This document shows, piece after piece, positions 32,762-39,641 of a stretch of DNA of 39,641 bases (its first letter is position 1; the number at the start of each line of letters is the position of its first letter). The notes under the pieces are model-generated. The model was given only the letters and a program-made list of their open reading frames with translations, searched no databases and was not told the origin of the DNA. The translations under genes were made by a program, and so were the position numbers. Source of the DNA: an uncultured Acidobacteriota bacterium (lineage in GTDB: Bacteria > Acidobacteriota > Terriglobia > Acidiferrales > 2-02-FULL-67-57); contig CAYTXK010000001.1 in NCBI GenBank assembly GCA_964441645.1, forward strand, positions 1-39,641. Reading direction: 5' to 3'.

Positions 32762-35605
32762 GTGGGTTTCCGGCTGATGAAAAGTTTGTCCACCCGTCTC
32801 GTCTTTTTGCTGGCTCTTTCAGGCGCGTATCTCTATGCCTTCCCCGCGGCCACTATTTCCTACGGATTGCTGGTTCTTTTCCATTTGGCCGCGGGAATGG
32901 GATTGGCAGTGATTCTTTTCCCCCGCTTGTGGCGACGCTTGCCCGCGGATTCTGCTCCCGCGCGTCTGGGCTGGCTGCTGCTAGCTGTCGGCGCCGCCAT
33001 CGGTTTGGCGCTCATCTACACGGGCACGCCCCGACCCTATCAAGGTTGGCTCTACGCGCACATCGCGGCCAGCATGAGCGGAGCAATCATCCTCCTGGCT
33101 GAGTGGGCGCTGGCGCGCGGCTGGTTCGCCTCCCGGCGGCTGGCAGCATACGTCGTTCTGCTCGTTACCTTCGTCGGGCTTTCGGCCGCCGCCTGGGCTT
33201 TTCGTGAAGTCCGTTGGCAGCGCCGCTATCCCATTCGGAACCCGGCCATCCCTCCCGTCAGTATGGACGGCGAAGGCGACGGCCCTGCCGGGCCTTTCTT
33301 CCCCAGCTCGGCGCAAACGCTGCACGGCGGGAAAATACCCGCCCGCTTCTTCCTGCAGTCGCAGGCCTGTCAGCGCTGCCACCCGGCCATCTACGAGCAG
33401 TGGTCGAGCTCCGCCCACCGTTTTTCGTCCTTCAACAACCAGTGGTACCGCAAGAGTATCGAGTACATGCAGGACGTAGCCGGCGTGAAGGCGTCCAAGT
33501 GGTGCGGCGGCTGTCACGATCCCGCTGTGCTCTTCACCGGCATGATGGATACTCCCATCAAAGAAATCATTGACAGCGAGGAAGCCCACGCCGGGCTGGG
33601 CTGTGTGATGTGCCATTCCATCGTCGCCGTCAAGAGCACGATGGGCCAGGGCGACTACGTGCTGGAATACCCGGCCCTGCACGAGCTGGCAACGAGCGAG
33701 AATCCCTTTCTGCGCACCCTGCACGACTTTCTGACCAAGGTCAACCCTGAACCCCACCGCCGCACTTTCCTGAAGCCTTTTGTGCGCAACCAGACCGCGG
33801 ATTTCTGCTCCGCCTGCCATAAAGTCCATCTCGATGTTCCCGTGAACCACTACCGCTGGATTCGCGGCTTCAACGAATACGACAACTGGCAGGCCAGCGG
33901 CGTCTCCGGACAAGGCGCGCGCTCTTTTTACTATCCGGCGCGCCCCCAGAAATGCGCTGACTGCCACATGCCGCTTGTGCCGGCCAACGACCTAGGAAAC
34001 ATCAAAGGCATGGTTCACTCGCACCGCTTCCCGGCTGCCAACACCGCCCTGCCCATCGCTAACCAGGACTCGACACAGTTCGACGTCACCGAAAAATTCC
34101 TCCGCGACAATATCGTCAGCGTTGACATCTTCGCCCTCTCCCCGGCTTTGGCCCCCGCGACCTCCGCCGAGCTGCGGCCTCACGAACTGTCCACTACCTT
34201 CGCGGTCGGCGAAGAAGCCGAGAGTCTGGCCGCCCCCGCACCCGCCCGGGAAGCGGTTCCCGTCACCGCTCCGCTCGACCGTGCGCAACCTCTGGTCCGC
34301 CGCGGCGACACCCTCCGTGTGGACGTCGTGGTGCGCACCCGCAAAGTCGGACACTTCTTCCCCGGGGGAACCGTAGACGCTTTCGATGTGTGGCTGGAGC
34401 TGAAGGCCACGGATGAAAAAGGGCAAGTGCTCTTCTGGAGCGGACGGCTAGAGGACGACGGCAAAGGGCCAGTGGAAAAAGGAGCCCACTTCTACCGCTC
34501 CTTGCTGGTCGACGCTCATGGCAACCCCATCAACAAGCGCAACGCCTGGGCGGCCCGCGCTGTGGTGTACGTGCGCCTGATCCCGCCGGGCGCGGCTGAC
34601 ACGGTGCACTACCGCCTCGCCATCCCTGACAAAGCCGGCGAGCGCATCAAACTCCAAGCGCAGTTGCACTATCGAAAATTCAGTTGGTGGAACACGCACT
34701 TTTCCTTCGCCGGCACGCGCGACCCCGGCCATCTCAACCCAGACGTCACCCCCGATTACGATGACGGCCGCTGGGTGTTCACGGGCGATACCTCGAAAGT
34801 TTCGGGCAAACTCAAGCAGATTCCCGACTTGCCCATCGTTACCCTCGCCCAGGATGAGGTCGAGCTGCGCGTGGCCTCGCGCGGGGCCAAGGCTCCCGAG
34901 CCGCGGCCGGTGCTGGAGGCCGACGATTGGCAGCGTTGGAATGACTACGGCATCGGCCTTTTCCTGCAAGGCGACCTGCGCGGCGCCGAGGCGGCCTTCC
35001 TCAAGGCCACCGAAGCCGACCCTAAGAACCCCGATGGCTGGGTCAACGTCGGCCGCGTCCGCGTCCAGGAAGGAAATTTGGCCGGGGCGCGCGAAGTGCT
35101 GGAGCGCGCGCTCTCGCTCGGCCCGCGCCTGGCCCGCGCTCACTTCTTCTACGCCAAAGTCTTGCGCGGCGAAGGCCGCTACGAGGAAGCCCTCGAACAC
35201 CTGCGGCAAGTGGCCGAGCAGTATCCGCGCGACCGCGTGGTGCGCAACGAAATCGGTCGCATCCTTTTCCTCGACCGGCGCTACCCTGAGGCCGTGGAAG
35301 AATTCCAGCGCGTGTTAGCCATCGATCCCGAAGACTTGCAGGCGCACTATAACCTCATGCTCTGCTACAGCGGCCTGGGCCAGGAAGATCTGGCGCGCCA
35401 GCACGAGAAACGCTATTTGCGCTTCAAGGCCGACGAGGCAGCTCAGACGATTACCGGCCCTTACCGGCGTCTCAACCCCGAAGACAACAACGAGCGCCAG
35501 GCCATCCACGAACACGTCTCCGTTCCTCTCGACAAACTGAACCCCAAGCGCCCGCCCTACCGCGTTTCTGCGGGCGCGCGAAAACCCTCCGCACCAACCG
35601 ATTGA
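32762..35605 (+). CDS. membrane-anchored pentaheme c-type cytochrome domain fused to C-terminal TPR repeats
   Basis: There are about 5 N-terminal TM helices. Five CXXCH motifs lie between 33368 and 33967: CQRCH, CGGCH, CVMCH, CSACH and CADCH, the first followed by W..SSAH as in the cytochrome c554/multiheme family. The C-terminal TPR repeats include AEAAFLKATEADPKNPDGWVNVGRV... The start is GTG 32762 or ATG 32777. Confidence 0.85.
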   Translation: MGFRLMKSLSTRLVFLLALSGAYLYAFPAATISYGLLVLFHLAAGMGLAVILFPRLWRRLPADSAPARLGWLLLAVGAAIGLALIYTGTPRPYQGWLYAHIAASMSGAIILLAEWALARGWFASRRLAAYVVLLVTFVGLSAAAWAFREVRWQRRYPIRNPAIPPVSMDGEGDGPAGPFFPSSAQTLHGGKIPARFFLQSQACQRCHPAIYEQWSSSAHRFSSFNNQWYRKSIEYMQDVAGVKASKWCGGCHDPAVLFTGMMDTPIKEIIDSEEAHAGLGCVMCHSIVAVKSTMGQGDYVLEYPALHELATSENPFLRTLHDFLTKVNPEPHRRTFLKPFVRNQTADFCSACHKVHLDVPVNHYRWIRGFNEYDNWQASGVSGQGARSFYYPARPQKCADCHMPLVPANDLGNIKGMVHSHRFPAANTALPIANQDSTQFDVTEKFLRDNIVSVDIFALSPALAPATSAELRPHELSTTFAVGEEAESLAAPAPAREAVPVTAPLDRAQPLVRRGDTLRVDVVVRTRKVGHFFPGGTVDAFDVWLELKATDEKGQVLFWSGRLEDDGKGPVEKGAHFYRSLLVDAHGNPINKRNAWAARAVVYVRLIPPGAADTVHYRLAIPDKAGERIKLQAQLHYRKFSWWNTHFSFAGTRDPGHLNPDVTPDYDDGRWVFTGDTSKVSGKLKQIPDLPIVTLAQDEVELRVASRGAKAPEPRPVLEADDWQRWNDYGIGLFLQGDLRGAEAAFLKATEADPKNPDGWVNVGRVRVQEGNLAGAREVLERALSLGPRLARAHFFYAKVLRGEGRYEEALEHLRQVAEQYPRDRVVRNEIGRILFLDRRYPEAVEEFQRVLAIDPEDLQAHYNLMLCYSGLGQEDLARQHEKRYLRFKADEAAQTITGPYRRLNPEDNNERQAIHEHVSVPLDKLNPKRPPYRVSAGARKPSAPTD

Positions 35606-37293
35606 TGCGCGCGCTCGCCACGGGACTCTCTCTCCTCTGCCTTCTCGCCCTGGGTCTGCTCAGTTCCAGCGCGCAGACGCCCCCTGCGGCCATCCAGTTC
35701 CGCGACGTCACAAAAGCAGCGGGCCTGCGCTTTGTCCACACCAACGGAGCCTTCGGGCGGAAGTATTTGCCGGAGACGATGGGATCCGGCTGCGCTTGGG
35801 TGGATTTTGACAACGATGGCTGGCAGGACATCGTCCTGGTGAACGGCAAGGACTGGCCCGGCCATCGCCGGCGCCGTTCGACGCTGGCGCTCTATCGCAA
35901 CAACCACAACGGAACCTTCACGGATGTGACCCGCCAGGCCGGCTTGAACGTCGAGCTCTACGGCATGGGTGCCGCGGTCGCCGACTACGACAACGACGGC
36001 TTTGATGACCTCTTCATCACCGCGCTCGGCCAGAGCCGCCTCTTCCGCAATACCGGCCAGGGCGCCTTTAGGGACGTCACCAAGCCCGCCGGCCTCTGGG
36101 GCCCGAATGAGTTCAGCACCAGCGCTGCCTGGGTGGATTACGACCGCGACGGCCGCCTGGATCTTTTTGTCGCCAACTACGTGCAGTGGTCGCTGGAAAA
36201 GGACATTCGCTGCACCCTGGACGGCACCAACAAATCCTACTGCACGCCGGAGTCCTACCCGGGCGCCTCGGCGCGCCTGTGGCGCAACCGCGGCGATGGC
36301 ACATTTGAAGACGTCACCAAGCCCGCCGGCCTTCTCGACCCCACTTCGAAGGGCCTGGGCGTGGCCGTGCTCGATTACAACCAGGACGGCTGGCCCGACC
36401 TCTTTCTGGCCAACGACACCGAACCCGACAAGCTCTATCACAACAACGGCAACGGCACCTTCACGGAGAAGGGCATCTCGACCGGCGTGGCCTTCAGCGA
36501 GCAAGGGGTGGCGCGGGCCGGCATGGGCGTGGATGCGGCCGATTACGACCGCTCCGGCTATCCGAGTATCATCATCAGTCATTTTTCCAATGAGATGATG
36601 GGGCTGTATCACAACGAAGGCACCGGCCTGTTCGTGGACGACGCGCCGCGCTCCGAGGTGGGCCGCGCCACTCTTCTGACCCTGGGCTTCGGCTGCTTTT
36701 TCTTCGACTACGATCTCGACGGCTGGCTCGATATCTTCGTCGCCAATGGCCACATCGAAAACGAGATTGAGCGTGTGCAGACCCGCGTGCGCTACGCCCA
36801 GCCGCCGCATCTCTTCCGCAACCGGGGTGGGAAATTCCAGGAAGTAACCACGTCGCTCGGCCCCGACTTTGCCGCGGCCCGCGTGGCGCGCGGAGCCGCC
36901 TATGGGGACATTGACAACGACGGTGACCTGGACCTGCTCGTCACTACCAACGGCGGCCCGGCGGTTCTCTTCCGCAACGACGGCGGCACCAACCACAGCC
37001 TGCGTGTGCGCTTAGTTGGGACTCGCTCGAACCGCGATGGACTGGGAGCCGTGGTGACTGTCGTTGCCGGCGGGGAAAAACAGTGGCAACTGCTGCGCAG
37101 CGGCTCGAGCTACCTGTCTCAAAACGAGCTGGTGCTCACCTTCGGCCTCGGGGCGCGTACCCAGGCCGACAGCGTGGAAGTGCGCTGGCCGAGCGGGCAG
37201 GTCGACCGGCTTCGCGATGTAGCCGCCGGACAAGCGATGCGTATTGAGGAAGGCCGGGGCGTGGTCGCTCACCAGCCGTTTGAGAAGAAGTAA
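35605..37293 (+). CDS. CRTAC1-like secreted protein (FG-GAP/VCBS repeats + ASPIC/UnbV C-domain)
   Basis: ATG 35605 overlaps the upstream TGA (TGATG). The signal peptide is MRALATGLSLLCLLALGLLSSSAQ. Repeated D-x-D-x-DG-x-x-D segments occur (DFDNDGWQDIVL, DYDNDGFDDLFI, DYDRDGRLDLFV, DIDNDGDLDLLV). The ASPIC/UnbV-type tail is GTRSNRDGLGAVVTV...RSGSSYLSQNELVLTFGLG. Confidence 0.88.
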   Translation: MRALATGLSLLCLLALGLLSSSAQTPPAAIQFRDVTKAAGLRFVHTNGAFGRKYLPETMGSGCAWVDFDNDGWQDIVLVNGKDWPGHRRRRSTLALYRNNHNGTFTDVTRQAGLNVELYGMGAAVADYDNDGFDDLFITALGQSRLFRNTGQGAFRDVTKPAGLWGPNEFSTSAAWVDYDRDGRLDLFVANYVQWSLEKDIRCTLDGTNKSYCTPESYPGASARLWRNRGDGTFEDVTKPAGLLDPTSKGLGVAVLDYNQDGWPDLFLANDTEPDKLYHNNGNGTFTEKGISTGVAFSEQGVARAGMGVDAADYDRSGYPSIIISHFSNEMMGLYHNEGTGLFVDDAPRSEVGRATLLTLGFGCFFFDYDLDGWLDIFVANGHIENEIERVQTRVRYAQPPHLFRNRGGKFQEVTTSLGPDFAAARVARGAAYGDIDNDGDLDLLVTTNGGPAVLFRNDGGTNHSLRVRLVGTRSNRDGLGAVVTVVAGGEKQWQLLRSGSSYLSQNELVLTFGLGARTQADSVEVRWPSGQVDRLRDVAAGQAMRIEEGRGVVAHQPFEKK

Positions 37294-37309
37294 GCAGGAG
37301 GAGAGAGTC

Positions 37310-39641
<2,332 letters not shown>

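Noticed and set aside
32747-32764. TATAAT (32749..32754) lies 7 nt before GTG 32762, and TATACT on the minus strand lies 9 nt before ATG 6010. These could be evidence for leaderless mRNAs.
   Set aside because: The -35 regions are poor. The cytochrome gene may simply be co-transcribed with the amidase and start at ATG 32777. This is too weak to report as a finding without 5'-end data.

Overview
This is a high-GC chromosomal segment. By inference it comes from an Acidobacteriota-type genome: it has paired VWFA 'acidobacterial-type' secreted proteins, TPR/FG-GAP/ASPIC-UnbV (CRTAC1-like) genes and GGAGG-type Shine-Dalgarno sites. No transposase, integrase, CRISPR array or rRNA is visible.

Layout:
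- (1) 1-6.0 kb: housekeeping ileS(partial)-lspA-lgt-rluD, with overlapping or abutting start/stop codons, followed by two convergent VWA paralogs. The rluD-like gene carries an in-frame TAG and has lost its catalytic Asp.
- (2) 6.0-10.0 kb: an intergenic micro-transcript candidate (promoter, hairpin, 11-codon Lys-rich ORF, terminator). Then a UvrD-type helicase fused to a Cas4/AddB-like Fe-S nuclease, translationally coupled to a phospholipid-scramblase-family gene.
- (3) 10.1-14.7 kb: thiolase, a VKOR-family gene, a DUF2007-like gene, recA, a PBP-type transpeptidase and a small ORF. The VKOR ORF ends at a TGA sitting exactly at the second Cys of its CXXC motif, and a hairpin follows. This makes it a candidate selenoprotein, or else a truncated gene.
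- (4) 14.7-16.6 kb: a ~460-nt non-coding stretch with an orphan minus-strand terminator, then tRNA-Arg(ACG), then an AT-richer Tat-exported isochorismatase-family gene. Two 25-nt direct repeats resembling the tRNA 3' end bracket a tiny membrane ORF, which may be an islet remnant.
- (5) 16.6-20.1 kb: copper (TPQ) amine oxidase and an M48 peptidase.
- (6) 20.2-31.2 kb: the most interesting block. It is an eight-gene minus-strand operon: HAD-like::fatty acyl reductase, thioester-reductase-type SDR, pyruvyl-transferase-like protein, acyl-AMP/CoA ligase, enoyl-CoA hydratase, ACP, a second ligase and a PlsC-type acyltransferase. It converges on a CDP-alcohol phosphatidyltransferase gene. I read it as a candidate fatty-alcohol or ether-lipid membrane-lipid pathway.
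- (7) 31.3-39.6 kb: amidase, then a membrane-anchored pentaheme cytochrome::TPR protein coupled to two CRTAC1-like proteins.

The last CRTAC1-like gene (37310 to the window end) is absent from the supplied ORF track because it has no stop codon in the window. Most long ORFs antisense to these genes are GC-driven shadow ORFs. All functional calls rest on motif recognition by eye; no database search was run.
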